A stretch of 64,000 nt of DNA, taken from assembly GCF_021028975.2 (NCBI RefSeq), contig NC_059429.1, positions 103,726,001 to 103,790,000 on the forward strand. The letters are read 5' to 3'. A program made the translations under genes and the position numbers. Position 1 is the stretch's first letter, and each line of letters opens with the position of its first letter. The notes beneath the pieces are model-generated. The model worked only from the letters and a program-made list of their open reading frames with translations. It did not search any database and was not told the origin of the DNA. Below, piece after piece: positions 63,826 to 64,000 of the stretch. Source of the stretch: Sphaerodactylus townsendi. Its lineage: Eukaryota.

Positions 63826-64000
63826 GATTATACACTTGTATAAATACTTGTTTGTAAATTGAGCCAATGAGCAGTTTGAGACTAGTTCATCCATAAACTG
63901 AACTTGGGTGTGGGCATGTAACAACCTGACCACACTGGAATTCCTCTCCTGCCATTTATTAAGTTAATGAGTTATATGAACTTGGCAATATTTGTTCCAC

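Overview
Vertebrate genomic DNA, not prokaryotic. The repeat content suggests a squamate, probably a gecko (inference). There are three assembly gaps. The region is homologous to human 20q11.2 but in a different gene order. It holds GGT7 exon 1 (minus), a complete 11-coding-exon, 561-aa CYLD-like deubiquitinase (plus, 15338-28824) that I assembled by hand from GT-AG exons, a complete RAB5IF (minus, 4 exons, 139 aa), and the MYL9 promoter, a putative non-coding exon 1 and first coding exon (plus). The CYLD paralogue is the most interesting item. Its catalytic Cys/His/Asp triad is intact, but it lacks CAP-Gly2/3 and the TRAF2/NEMO-binding region, has a degenerate B-box, and carries Asp at the position equivalent to CYLD Leu622 (SPATA2 interface). 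Introns and intergenic DNA are rich in hAT MITEs with 8-bp TSDs, SINEs, CR1/L2 fragments, Penelope-type termini with minimal hammerhead ribozyme motifs, and one Helitron with both termini intact. All homology calls come from my recall of the protein and repeat families; no searches were run.
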